DNA of 64,000 nt from contig JBAZWB010000001.1 of NCBI GenBank assembly GCA_041660605.1, positions 265,295-329,294 on the forward strand. Direction: 5' to 3'. Under the pieces are notes generated by a model. That model saw only the letters and a program-made list of their open reading frames with translations. It was not told the origin of the DNA and did not search any database. Position numbers and translations under genes: made by a program. The stretch comes from Patescibacteria group bacterium. GTDB lineage: Bacteria; Patescibacteriota; Patescibacteriia; UBA10025; JAHIVO01. Positions 18,471-26,992 of this stretch are shown here, piece by piece (positions within the stretch are counted from its first letter, which is position 1; every line of letters starts with the position of its first letter).

Positions 18471-18742
18471 CTAAAGTTAGGGAGCTTTACCAGGCAGTGG
18501 ACAAGGTATATCGCGGAAAACCTGAAAATGGAGCAGGTCCTGATGTTGCCCGGCGGATATTTAACGCTGTGGCAGTGCCAGCAAATATCCAGTTGGCAGT
18601 GAAGAATGTCTGCGCAGAAGCAAATTCATTCACCATTGATACAGCCTACGCGCTGTATAATTTCATTAAGATTATGTCCAACAACAAGATGGACACGAAT
18701 CCGGTACTGGACATAGTAATTCCGGACTCACTTCTGAAGTAA
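18467..18742 (+). CDS. hypothetical small protein (91 aa)
   Basis: The track ORF 18410..18742 begins at TTG. ATG 18467 is preceded by GGAGGG, 5 nt upstream, so it is the more likely start. No recognizable family. Confidence 0.5.
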   Translation: MAKVRELYQAVDKVYRGKPENGAGPDVARRIFNAVAVPANIQLAVKNVCAEANSFTIDTAYALYNFIKIMSNNKMDTNPVLDIVIPDSLLK

Positions 18743-18753
18743 ATCAGACACAT

Positions 18754-18996
18754 TTGAAATTCCAAAACACATCTACCCAGTTCAAGGAGGAGCAGTTGAT
18801 AGAAATTACAGGCGAAGTTGATCTGAGTACGACTGAGGGATTGCCAAACCTTTTTAGTAAGTTGACAAACCTAAAGGAAGAACCTGAGGCCGCGATTGCG
18901 CTCCAGGAAATATCAAGGATTCCCTTGCCATCAATGGTGGCCGATCAGATTAAGCTGATTCTTCAGCGTCATGACATCCAGTTCATTCATGCCTAG
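18754..18996 (+). CDS. hypothetical small protein (about 66-80 aa)
   Basis: ORF begins at TTG 18754. An alternative TTG near 18796 is preceded by AAGGAGGA. It forms a tandem pair with the previous ORF. Confidence 0.35.
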   Translation: MKFQNTSTQFKEEQLIEITGEVDLSTTEGLPNLFSKLTNLKEEPEAAIALQEISRIPLPSMVADQIKLILQRHDIQFIHA

Positions 18997-19049
18997 CCGT
19001 TTGGCGGCTAACAACACAAAAGGGCCTCACTTGCGCGAGCGAGAGGGGC

Positions 19050-20099
19050 CTAATTTTTTTGTTTCATTGCCAGCCCGGCGGCCACGGCCATTTGCGCGCC
19101 AAGTTCCGTCAATTCTTCTTTCAGCTCTGTGGGGTAGGAAATTTTTTTCCAGGGATCAGCCACCTCAGTTTCTATTTTCAGCGTTTCACTGATATAAGCG
19201 GTGAAATTTTTTAATTTGTTGGCTCCGCCCAGTATGATGATTTTTTTCACCGTATCCTGATAATCATGATGATAGCTGGTTATAATCCTCCTTATTTCCC
19301 TGATGACCATATTGTCTATGACGAAGGCCATGGCTTTAGCCACCGGATGGAGGAATTGCGCGCCGGTCGGTAGTCCAATGTCGTCGCGGAATTGCTTGGC
19401 GCGCTCTTCGCTGACATTCAGGGCATTGGCGATATTCAGGGCGATGGTCTCGCCTCCAACATCAATGTTTCTGGTTATGACCGGGATTGTTTTGGAAAAA
19501 AGGGCCATATTAGTATTGGTCGCGCCGATGTCCATCAATAGAATTGGCTCGTCATCGGTGATCAGCGAACGGCGCATGGCCGTAATTTCTGTTTCGGCGC
19601 CGATCAGGGTTAAATCGCACATTTTGAATATCTGCAAATAATTCTCTACCACGTCTTTTGGGGCAGCAGTCAGAATGATATTCAGCTTGTCGGCGGGCTC
19701 GGAGGCATTACGCGCAGGGATTATTTGCCAGCTCAGAGTCACCCTGTCTATCGGCAGCGGCACCATTTTTTTAGCTTCCCAGCGTATGGCTGAGGTTATT
19801 TCCTTGTCCGGCATTTTTGGCAGGGTGATGACGGCATTAAAAACGTTGAGTGCGGAAATCGCCACTACCGATCTGGTAGCGGTGGCTCTGGCTTTTAGCG
19901 TGAGTTCCTTCAGGAGGCCGGCTATCTTTTGCTGGTTTTGGGCCGTATCAAATCGTGTTATTGCCTGGTCCCTTTCAGCGATACCATAGGTCACCAGGCG
20001 GAAACTCTGTTTGTATCTTTCTAGCTCAACGATTTTAATGGCGGACGAGCCAAGATCGACTCCCAGGATTTTTGATTTTTTTTCACCGAAGATTGGCAT
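19050..20099 (-). CDS. pilM: type IV pilus assembly protein PilM (actin-like ATPase fold)
   Basis: 349-aa ORF with N-terminal ILGVDLGSSAIKIVEL and an actin/ASKHA fold, similar to PilM/FtsA-like proteins, placed next to pilT. Confidence 0.8.
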   Translation of the reverse strand: MPIFGEKKSKILGVDLGSSAIKIVELERYKQSFRLVTYGIAERDQAITRFDTAQNQQKIAGLLKELTLKARATATRSVVAISALNVFNAVITLPKMPDKEITSAIRWEAKKMVPLPIDRVTLSWQIIPARNASEPADKLNIILTAAPKDVVENYLQIFKMCDLTLIGAETEITAMRRSLITDDEPILLMDIGATNTNMALFSKTIPVITRNIDVGGETIALNIANALNVSEERAKQFRDDIGLPTGAQFLHPVAKAMAFVIDNMVIREIRRIITSYHHDYQDTVKKIIILGGANKLKNFTAYISETLKIETEVADPWKKISYPTELKEELTELGAQMAVAAGLAMKQKN

Positions 20100-20120
20100 G
20101 AGTTTAAATAAAAATATAAT

Positions 20121-21197
20121 TTACGCCCTGAGCATATAGCTCAGCTGCTGCGGATCGATCGCATATTCCAGAGCATCGTCAATCTGGACCTGGTTTGATT
20201 TCACCAATTCCGCCAGTGACCAGTCCAGAGAAACCATCCCTTCTTCACGCGAGGTTTGGATAATGTTATTTAGCTGATAAAGGGACCCTTCTTTTATCAA
20301 TGACCGGATGGGCGGAGTTGATGTCATTATTTCTGCCACCGCCACCTGGCCGCCGCCGGTGCGGGGTACGAGTTTCTGGCAGATGATGCCTTCCAGATTG
20401 GTTGAAAGCTGGTCCTTGATTTGCTGCTGTTCGTTTGAGGGAAAGCTGTCAATGATGGTTTTCAAAGTTTTGACCACCGTATCGGCTTCGATATCGGCAA
20501 TAACCAGCCGTCCGGAAGAGGAAATTTTTAAAACCTGCTCGATCACTTTTGACGAGGGGAGGTCGGAAACATAGACAATGTTAACGTCCTCCTGGGTAAG
20601 GTTGCTCAGAGCCTGTTCAAATGAAACCGCGTCGCGCCCTACTTCCCTTTGTTCAATAAAGCTTTTTTGGCCGGTGAAGATATGCTCAATCGGCTTTTCT
20701 ATCGATAAGATATAGGTGGAGGCATTTTTATTGATGTAGTCGATAATAGAAGATGAAGTGGTTGATTTTCCGGAACCAAACGCGCCGCTCACCAGCAGCA
20801 GGCCTTTATTTAGGCTGGCCAGTTTTATCAGCGGCTGGAGGGGCAACCCCAATTGATTCAGGGGGACTATCTGGTTGCTGATCAGCCGGAGATAGGCAGC
20901 CAGCGCGCCTTTTTGGAAAAATAAATTAATTCTAAATCTTTCCTGCTTGCCAAATTGATAGGTCAGCACTATTTCTCTGTTTTCCTGCAGGGTGTTTTTC
21001 TGGTCATTATCAAGCAGGGAGTCGATGAAGGTCTCCATAAAATCCTTGCTGATAATATTTTCGTTTTCCAGGGGGATCAGCTTGTTATCTATGCGGATGA
21101 TCGGCGGGCTGCCGACAGAGAGATGCAGGTCAGAGGCTTTTTGCCCGGCCACGGTATTGAGTATATTGTCTATCGCTAATTTATTTTGGGTATCCAT
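20121..21197 (-). CDS. pilT: type IV pilus retraction ATPase PilT-like
   Basis: 358-aa ORF with Walker A GAFGSGKSTT and an AxxA secretion-ATPase core. The length is typical of PilT. Confidence 0.8.
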   Translation of the reverse strand: MDTQNKLAIDNILNTVAGQKASDLHLSVGSPPIIRIDNKLIPLENENIISKDFMETFIDSLLDNDQKNTLQENREIVLTYQFGKQERFRINLFFQKGALAAYLRLISNQIVPLNQLGLPLQPLIKLASLNKGLLLVSGAFGSGKSTTSSSIIDYINKNASTYILSIEKPIEHIFTGQKSFIEQREVGRDAVSFEQALSNLTQEDVNIVYVSDLPSSKVIEQVLKISSSGRLVIADIEADTVVKTLKTIIDSFPSNEQQQIKDQLSTNLEGIICQKLVPRTGGGQVAVAEIMTSTPPIRSLIKEGSLYQLNNIIQTSREEGMVSLDWSLAELVKSNQVQIDDALEYAIDPQQLSYMLRA

Positions 21198-21242
21198 TAA
21201 AATAATTAATAATTGATAATGTATAATTTATATAAAGTTTCT

Positions 21243-21812
21243 TCAAGAACAGTTTTTTTGGTTGAATTCTTGTGCGGCTATGGCTGGACTTTTTTCCAGG
21301 CAGACGACCAATGCGTCAACCGCGCGCTTAATCAAATCCGGCAGTTTTGCCTTTTCCGATTTAGTGAATTGGGAAATAACGTATTCGTCAGTCGGCCGCT
21401 GGTGGCGATCCTCCCCAGCGATGCCTACGCGGAGGTGCCAGAATTCATCGGTGTTCAGATACTCTATGGTTGAAATGGCGCCTTTATGTCCGGCAGAACC
21501 GCGGGCGAACTGAATTTTTATCTGGCCAAAGGGCAAATCCACGTCATCGCGTACCAGATAGATATTCTTAGGCAATATTTTATAATAATCCACAGCTTTT
21601 CTTATCGGTTCTCCCGAAAGGTTCATGAATTTACCCGGCTTGAATAAAACCACTTCCTGTGTTTTTGCCAGCTGACCAGCGATTTTTTTATTTTCAGTAA
21701 AGGCCGCTTCCGGAAATTTTTTTATCAGTTCGTCGAGCACCAAGAATCCGATGTTATGTCTGGTGTTTTCGTATTGTTTTCCGGGATTGCCCAGGCCGGC
21801 GATGAACTTCAT
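21243..21812 (-). CDS. pth: peptidyl-tRNA hydrolase
   Basis: 189-aa ORF starting MKFIAGLGNPGKQYENTRHNIGF, the canonical Pth N-terminus. Confidence 0.9.
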   Translation of the reverse strand: MKFIAGLGNPGKQYENTRHNIGFLVLDELIKKFPEAAFTENKKIAGQLAKTQEVVLFKPGKFMNLSGEPIRKAVDYYKILPKNIYLVRDDVDLPFGQIKIQFARGSAGHKGAISTIEYLNTDEFWHLRVGIAGEDRHQRPTDEYVISQFTKSEKAKLPDLIKRAVDALVVCLEKSPAIAAQEFNQKNCS

Positions 21813-23137
21813 AGTTTATTGGATTCATTGATTGATATTAATACCGGCGTGCCCGTAAAGCCGAATTTTATCCGCAATTTTTTTTCCAGCAGATTCACAT
21901 AAGCCTGGTGCATGAGATCCGGCCGGTTCACATATAGGGAAAAAGCCGGAGGGTTTGTGCCTGTTTGCTTCAGGCCTTTCACGGTGACTGGCTTTTTGCC
22001 CTTGCTGGGTTTGCTTTTTTTCGGCTTAATTTCATTCAACAGAATCTCCAGGTCTTTTTCAGGTACAATTTTATTCCTTTCCTGGTGGATGCTGATCGCC
22101 AATCTCAGGAGTTTTGCCATCCTCTGCTTCTCCAGGGCGGAAATGAAAATGATCGGTGCCCACCATAAATTCCGGAATAAATGCTGGTAATATTCGACGT
22201 ACTTCTGCATGGTCAGTGGGTCTTTATCAGGCACTAAGTCCCACTTATTGGCCACTAATATTATACCATTATGGTTCTCCTGGGAAAAATTGGCAATAGC
22301 CTGGTCCTGGTTGGAAATTTTTTGCGTCACATCAACGACAAAAAATGAAATTTCCGATTTTTTTATTGTTTGCAGGGTTTTTTGGGCGCTGAATTTTTCC
22401 AGGCGGTTGGAGATGCGGCTCCTTTTCCGCAAGCCGGCAGTGTCAATCAGCGTGATGTTCTTGCCCTGAAAATTGATCTCGATATTCTGCGGCTCCCGGG
22501 TAGTATGGGGCAGGGGCGTGACGATGACCCGATCTTCGCCGAGAATGGCGTTTAATAATGATGACTTGCCGACGTTTGTTTTGCCGATGATAGAAATTTT
22601 TATATCCGCCGGCGGCGTAATAGTATTTTTAGTCGGCAGCAGGCTGTTAATCTTATCCAGCAAGTCTCCGGTGCCGATGCCGTTGAGGGCGGATATTATT
22701 TCCACATTCTTCACTCCCAGCCTGTACATGTCCGGGGAAATGTTTCTCCTGATTTTATCTCCGTCAATTTTATTGATAACCAGAATGATTTTCTTTTTAA
22801 GCTTCTTCAAATGCTTAATGATTTTTTTGTCTTCAGCGATTGTTTCCGCCCGCCCGTCGATAATCAGCAAAATCAGGTCGGCAAAGGCAATGGCTTCGTA
22901 AGCTTTCGCCTGGACGTATTTTTCTATTTCACCCAAACGGCCGGCGTCAAGGCCACCGGTGTCGATGACAAAGAATTGTTTTTGCCGCCAGAAAATCTTG
23001 GCCACGCTAAAATCCCGGGTAGTGCCGGGTATGTCAGAGACCAGGGATTTACCGGAGGCGGAAAAGGTATTAAAAAGCGTGGATTTGCCGGCATTGGTTC
23101 GCCCGACCAGGACCACGCGCGGGAGCTCTTTGTACAT
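21809..23137 (-). CDS. der: ribosome-associated GTPase Der/EngA
   Basis: 442-aa ORF with two tandem GTPase domains (GRTNAGKSTLFN and IGKTNVGKSSLLN) and a KH-like C-terminus. It overlaps pth by 4 nt. Confidence 0.9.
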   Translation of the reverse strand: MYKELPRVVLVGRTNAGKSTLFNTFSASGKSLVSDIPGTTRDFSVAKIFWRQKQFFVIDTGGLDAGRLGEIEKYVQAKAYEAIAFADLILLIIDGRAETIAEDKKIIKHLKKLKKKIILVINKIDGDKIRRNISPDMYRLGVKNVEIISALNGIGTGDLLDKINSLLPTKNTITPPADIKISIIGKTNVGKSSLLNAILGEDRVIVTPLPHTTREPQNIEINFQGKNITLIDTAGLRKRSRISNRLEKFSAQKTLQTIKKSEISFFVVDVTQKISNQDQAIANFSQENHNGIILVANKWDLVPDKDPLTMQKYVEYYQHLFRNLWWAPIIFISALEKQRMAKLLRLAISIHQERNKIVPEKDLEILLNEIKPKKSKPSKGKKPVTVKGLKQTGTNPPAFSLYVNRPDLMHQAYVNLLEKKLRIKFGFTGTPVLISINESNKL

Positions 23138-23149
23138 AGGTAATTTTTT

Positions 23150-24634
23150 TTAATGTCGACTAAGTTGACCGTTGGTGACTTGGTCAGTACCTATGATGAT
23201 AAGGATGTCGATGTCTTCGCCATTCGCCTGTGCGTTACCGTTGGCCGCATTCAGAGAGTCATAGGTCAGGTCGCTGTTAGTCATGAAGCCCGGCAAGGAG
23301 CTGGAAATCTTGGCATTGAGGGTTTTTTTCAAACCCAGGAGTGTATTAGTTTTTGTCCCACCGGAGAGATCATAAATCGTGGTGGTTTCCTGCTGAGTCG
23401 CCAAAGAAGAATTACCGATTTTAACTATATTATAATCCAATCCTTTGAGTTTATCGCCGGTTTTTGTGGCCAAGCCGGCTTCTTTGGTGCCATTCTGTAT
23501 TTCAATCCTGGCATTTTCTTTTTGTATCAGATTAACGTCAAATATATTCTTTGCCAGACTCTGAATTTCCGCATAGTCGCCACTTTTTGGCGTGAGTATA
23601 TAGGCGCCATCCTGGGTAGTGGAGGAGATTAATAGTCCTTCAGCCCCGGTTTCCAGATTTTTGGAAATTATTTTATTAGAATCTGTGTTTTGCACAATCT
23701 TGCCCAGTTTTACTATTTCCCAGATTTCCATGTTAATAGTGTTGTGGTCCCCGATGTCATTCAATATTGAGACGATTTTGTTGGGATTCAGAAAAGTATT
23801 CAATGAGAAAAATTTGTTTTTAATGGCCAGCAACACTTTTTGCTGCCTGGCCGAACGCGCGAAATCAGAGCCTTCGCCGTTATTCCCGTGCCGGGAACGC
23901 ACAAACTGCAAAGCTCTTTCGCCATTCATATGCTCCGTGCCTTTTTTAAATGATATAAATTGGTAGCCGTAATTGTAGTCAGGGTATTCAGTGTCAGAGA
24001 AGCTATTGTCGATAGTGACATCGACTCCCTCCAGATCATCCACGATTTTTTTAAATCCTACAAAATCTACCCGGGCATAGTAGGGGATTTCCAGCCCAGT
24101 GACTTTTTCTACGATATCGCGCAGCATGGCTTCTCCGCCACCCGCGTAGTCGGATTCGTTGCCAAAGGCCAGGGCGTTATTTATTTTTCTCCAGCCATAT
24201 CCGGGAATTTCCACATATAAGTCCCGGGGGATGGAAAGCGTGGCTACTTCTCCGGTTGATGGCTTGATGCTAGCCAGGATAATAGTGTCAGCCAGATATG
24301 AGCCCGGGTGTCCCGGTCCACCGTTGCCGATCAGCAATATATTGATACGATCATCCGTATTGCCTTTGAATTGCGTATCAGGATTAGAGACCAGGTGTTT
24401 GATTTGGTCAAATAAACTGACTTTTTCTCCGGATTCGGCGTTTGTACTATTGACAGCCAGCACTACTTTGGTCAGAAAACCCAGTCCGATCAGGATGATG
24501 ACAACGAATAGTATCAAAACCGGCCGCCAAAGAACCGGCGCTTTTTTCTTCGCCGGCAGGCTGCGATAGACATCGCCTGGTTTTGGTGCGGCTGGATTCT
24601 GATTTTTTTCTGTTTGGTTGATTATTTCGGGCAT
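23150..24634 (-). CDS. LytR-CpsA-Psr (LCP) family cell-envelope phosphotransferase with extra C-terminal domain
   Basis: 494-aa ORF with an N-terminal TM helix and an LCP core (NILLIGNGGPGH...ADTIILASIKP...SIPRDLYVEIPGYG...INNA). It has about 200 aa of C-terminal extension. Confidence 0.8.
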   Translation of the reverse strand: MPEIINQTEKNQNPAAPKPGDVYRSLPAKKKAPVLWRPVLILFVVIILIGLGFLTKVVLAVNSTNAESGEKVSLFDQIKHLVSNPDTQFKGNTDDRINILLIGNGGPGHPGSYLADTIILASIKPSTGEVATLSIPRDLYVEIPGYGWRKINNALAFGNESDYAGGGEAMLRDIVEKVTGLEIPYYARVDFVGFKKIVDDLEGVDVTIDNSFSDTEYPDYNYGYQFISFKKGTEHMNGERALQFVRSRHGNNGEGSDFARSARQQKVLLAIKNKFFSLNTFLNPNKIVSILNDIGDHNTINMEIWEIVKLGKIVQNTDSNKIISKNLETGAEGLLISSTTQDGAYILTPKSGDYAEIQSLAKNIFDVNLIQKENARIEIQNGTKEAGLATKTGDKLKGLDYNIVKIGNSSLATQQETTTIYDLSGGTKTNTLLGLKKTLNAKISSSLPGFMTNSDLTYDSLNAANGNAQANGEDIDILIIIGTDQVTNGQLSRH

Positions 24635-24741
24635 AAGATGGTTATATTATAATAAAAAAAACTCAAAGGGTCAAAGAGCTCGAAAACCCAGGGAACGCTG
24701 GTCTGGCATTGATTTACAGCGGAGTTAATTTATGATACGAT

Positions 24742-25458
24742 TTGTGCATTATGCGCTCTATAATTATACTTCCTACATATAATGAAAAGGAAAATATTAA
24801 GGCGATAGTCCGTGAAATATTTTCTCTGAACATTCCTGATTTGGGAATAATTATTGTTGACGATAATTCTCCGGACGGTACAGGTAGGATTGCTGATGAA
24901 CTGGCAGCCGGCGATCGGCGCATTCGGGTTCTGCACCGGCAGCAGAAGGAGGGATTAGGCCGTGCTTACGTAGCCGGCTTTAAAAAAGCTCTGGAAGATC
25001 CGGAGGCGGAAAATATTTTTGAAATGGACGCGGATTTTTCCCACCAGCCTAAATATTTGCCGGATTTTTTGGGAGCCATTAACTCTGCGGATATTGTTTT
25101 GGGTTCGCGATACATCAAAGGCGGGGGAGTGCAAAATTGGAATTTTTTCCGGCGCTTCATCAGTACTTCGGCCAATTTTGTCATCAGATTTATTTTAGGA
25201 GTCAAAATCAGAGATCTGACCGGCGGTTTTAAATGTTTCAGCCGGCGAGCCCTGCTCAGCCTTGATTTTGATAAGGTTGAATCCAGCGGATATAATTTTC
25301 AGATTGAAGTTAATTATAAGGCTTATAAAGAAGGATTGAAGATAAAAGAGATTCCCATAATTTTTGTGGAGCGCCAAGCAGGAAATTCTAAGTTCAGTAC
25401 AGCCATAATGCTGGAAAGTTTTTGGAAGGTTTTACAGCTAAAATTCAGAAAAATCTAG
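24742..25458 (+). CDS. GT2 family glycosyltransferase, polyprenol-phosphate mannose/glucose synthase (Dpm1-like)
   Basis: 238-aa ORF with motifs IILPTYNEKENI and IIVDDNSPDGT, plus the rest of the Dpm1-like fold. Confidence 0.8.
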   Translation: MCIMRSIIILPTYNEKENIKAIVREIFSLNIPDLGIIIVDDNSPDGTGRIADELAAGDRRIRVLHRQQKEGLGRAYVAGFKKALEDPEAENIFEMDADFSHQPKYLPDFLGAINSADIVLGSRYIKGGGVQNWNFFRRFISTSANFVIRFILGVKIRDLTGGFKCFSRRALLSLDFDKVESSGYNFQIEVNYKAYKEGLKIKEIPIIFVERQAGNSKFSTAIMLESFWKVLQLKFRKI

Positions 25459-25677
25459 GTCGGAATACTATAATATTATTGCTGGTATATTTGATTTGAT
25501 TTTTTCTGATTTTGTGCTATAATGTGGCTAATTCGCTTATTTTTTTTACTTTTTTTGCAAATTTTGCACTTACTAAATTTAAGCAGTCTGAGATGATTCA
25601 GGATGATAATTAATTTATTGACTATCTAGTTGTCAGAATTTGGGAAGCGCGATTTTAGCCCGCCGATTCATATTCGT

Positions 25678-25751
25678 GGGTGATTAGCTCAGCTGGTTAG
25701 AGCGCTATCCTCACACGATAGAGGTCTCAGGTTCAAATCCTGAATCACCCA
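25678..25751 (+). tRNA. tRNA-Val (anticodon CAC)
   Basis: Sequence is GGGTGATTAGCTCAGCTGGTTAGAGCGCTATCCTCACACGATAGAGGTCTCAGGTTCAAATCCTGAATCACCCA. The cloverleaf is canonical, with anticodon loop CTCACAC and no encoded CCA. Confidence 0.85.
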
Positions 25752-25847
25752 TTTATAAAAAATAGACTTTGGGGTTCGTAGCTCCCCATACCATACTCAC
25801 TTTGTTCGTAGGTACGGGGCAAGCAGTTGACTAGAGCGCCACATTGA

Positions 25848-25956
25848 TCCCTCACCTTCCTCTGCGCGTGTAGCTCAGTTGGTTAGAGCGTCACATTGAC
25901 ATTGTGAAGGTCCCAGGTTCAACTCCTGGCACGCGCATGTAGAGGAAGGTGAGGGA
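25848..25956 (+). repeat. perfect 16-bp inverted repeat bracketing tRNA-Val(GAC)
   Basis: tccctcaccttcctct (25848-25863) directly abuts the tRNA 5' end. Its exact reverse complement agaggaaggtgaggga lies at 25941-25956, 3 nt after the tRNA 3' end. This is a processing-stem-like arrangement. Confidence 0.85.
25864..25937 (+). tRNA. tRNA-Val (anticodon GAC)
   Basis: Sequence is GCGCGTGTAGCTCAGTTGGTTAGAGCGTCACATTGACATTGTGAAGGTCCCAGGTTCAACTCCTGGCACGCGCA. The cloverleaf is canonical, with anticodon loop TTGACAT. Confidence 0.9.
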
Positions 25957-26020
25957 TAAAGGTCAGAGGTTCAACTCCTCTCGGACCCACCAAGGAGCGT
26001 TGCAGATTGATAAAATTTAA

Positions 26021-26158
26021 AGCGGCTCAGTTTCCGCCAAAGGCGGATCAGCCTCTGGCTGAGGTTAGAGCGTCACATTGACACCTGCCCGCAATGCCTT
26101 GCAGCAATGCGTGGCAGGCGGGTTGTGAAGGTCCCAGGTTCAACTCCTGGCACGCGCA
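26021..26158 (+). pseudogene. disrupted tRNA-Val(GAC) copy with 30-nt D-loop insertion and 39-nt insertion between anticodon-loop positions 37/38; no proper 5' acceptor strand
   Basis: The copy matches the intact gene from GCTCAGTT through CACGCGCA, plus 35 nt of identical 3' flank. It carries the insertion tccgccaaaggcggatcagcctctggctga (26033-26062) in the D-loop. It also carries cctgcccgcaatgccttgcagcaatgcgtggcaggcggg (26084-26122) after TTGACA of the anticodon loop. The 5' end reads AAAGCG instead of GCGCGTGTA. Confidence 0.6.
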
Positions 26159-26350
26159 TGTAGAGGAAGGTGAGGGATAAAGGTCAGAGGTTCCTCCGCC
26201 ACAATAAATTAAATAAATTAAAGTAGGGCGGGGTCCCCGCCCACCTGCCTTGCGGCAGCGAGGCTGGCGCGGCGCCTTTGGCGGAAACTCCTCTCGGACC
26301 CACCAGCAATTTAAAAGTTTTTATTATAATTAATCGATTTTTAAAATAAA

Positions 26351-26977
26351 ATGAAAATAACCTACGATTCGGAGGGAAAAGAAAAGCAAATACCAAAAAA
26401 ACAGGAAGAGATACCGTCCTTTGCGCAGTCACCTAAAGGTTTTATTTTTGAGCTTTTAAAGATTGTCCTTATCGCCCTGGCGATTATACTGCCAATACGT
26501 TATTTTTTATTTCAGCCTTTTTATGTCCGTGGCGCCTCGATGGAACCGAATTTTCAGGATAACCAGTACTTGATAATTGATGAGATCACTTATCGCTTCT
26601 CCGAGCCGAATCGCGGCGACGTGGTGGTGATAAAACCCATTATTAATGAATCAGATTTTCTGATAAAAAGAATAATCGGACTGCCAAATGAAACTGTAGA
26701 AATCAACGGCGGTAAAGTTACGATATTTAATGATAAAAATCCGCAAGGCCTGGTGCTGAAAGAAGATTATTTATCCAGCGGGCTATATACTAACGGCTCG
26801 GAAAAAATAAAATTGGGAGCAGATGAATATTTTGTGATGGGGGATAATCGGCCGGTCAGTCTGGATTCTCGGAGTTTCGGCTCACTGGACAAGAAAAATA
26901 TCGTCGGCCGGGCCTGGCTTCGCGTCTGGCCATTCAGTGAATTCCAGCATTTTGCCGCGCCTCAATACAATTTTTAA
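26351..26977 (+). CDS. lepB: signal peptidase I
   Basis: 208-aa ORF with an N-terminal TM helix and the catalytic motifs GASMEPNF, GDNRPVSLDSR and KRIIGLPNE. Confidence 0.9.
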   Translation: MKITYDSEGKEKQIPKKQEEIPSFAQSPKGFIFELLKIVLIALAIILPIRYFLFQPFYVRGASMEPNFQDNQYLIIDEITYRFSEPNRGDVVVIKPIINESDFLIKRIIGLPNETVEINGGKVTIFNDKNPQGLVLKEDYLSSGLYTNGSEKIKLGADEYFVMGDNRPVSLDSRSFGSLDKKNIVGRAWLRVWPFSEFQHFAAPQYNF

Positions 26978-26992
26978 GCATTTAATAAATAT

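Larger units (their letters stand above)
25772..25992 (+). pseudogene. split or disrupted Val-like tRNA enclosing the tRNA-Val(GAC) gene
   Basis: 5' acceptor GGGTTCG-TA-GCTC (25772-25784) pairs, with one G-U, to the 3' acceptor CGGACCC-A-CCA (25982-25992), which is preceded by a canonical T-arm AGAGG/TTCAACT/CCTCT. A ~39-nt insertion sits in the D-loop. The anticodon region is replaced by an inverted-repeat-flanked tRNA-Val(GAC). Confidence 0.35.

Noticed and set aside
18997-19049. Possible bidirectional terminator between the small ORF pair and pilM
   Set aside because: The GC-rich segment contains a direct repeat (gggcct...ggggcct) rather than inverted arms. I could not build a convincing stem, although a T7 run is present, so no terminator is called.
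18971-19192. ORF 18971..19192 (+), 73 aa
   Set aside because: It overlaps the pilM 3' end antisense. It is Arg/Pro-rich, as expected from reverse-frame translation, and is not credible.
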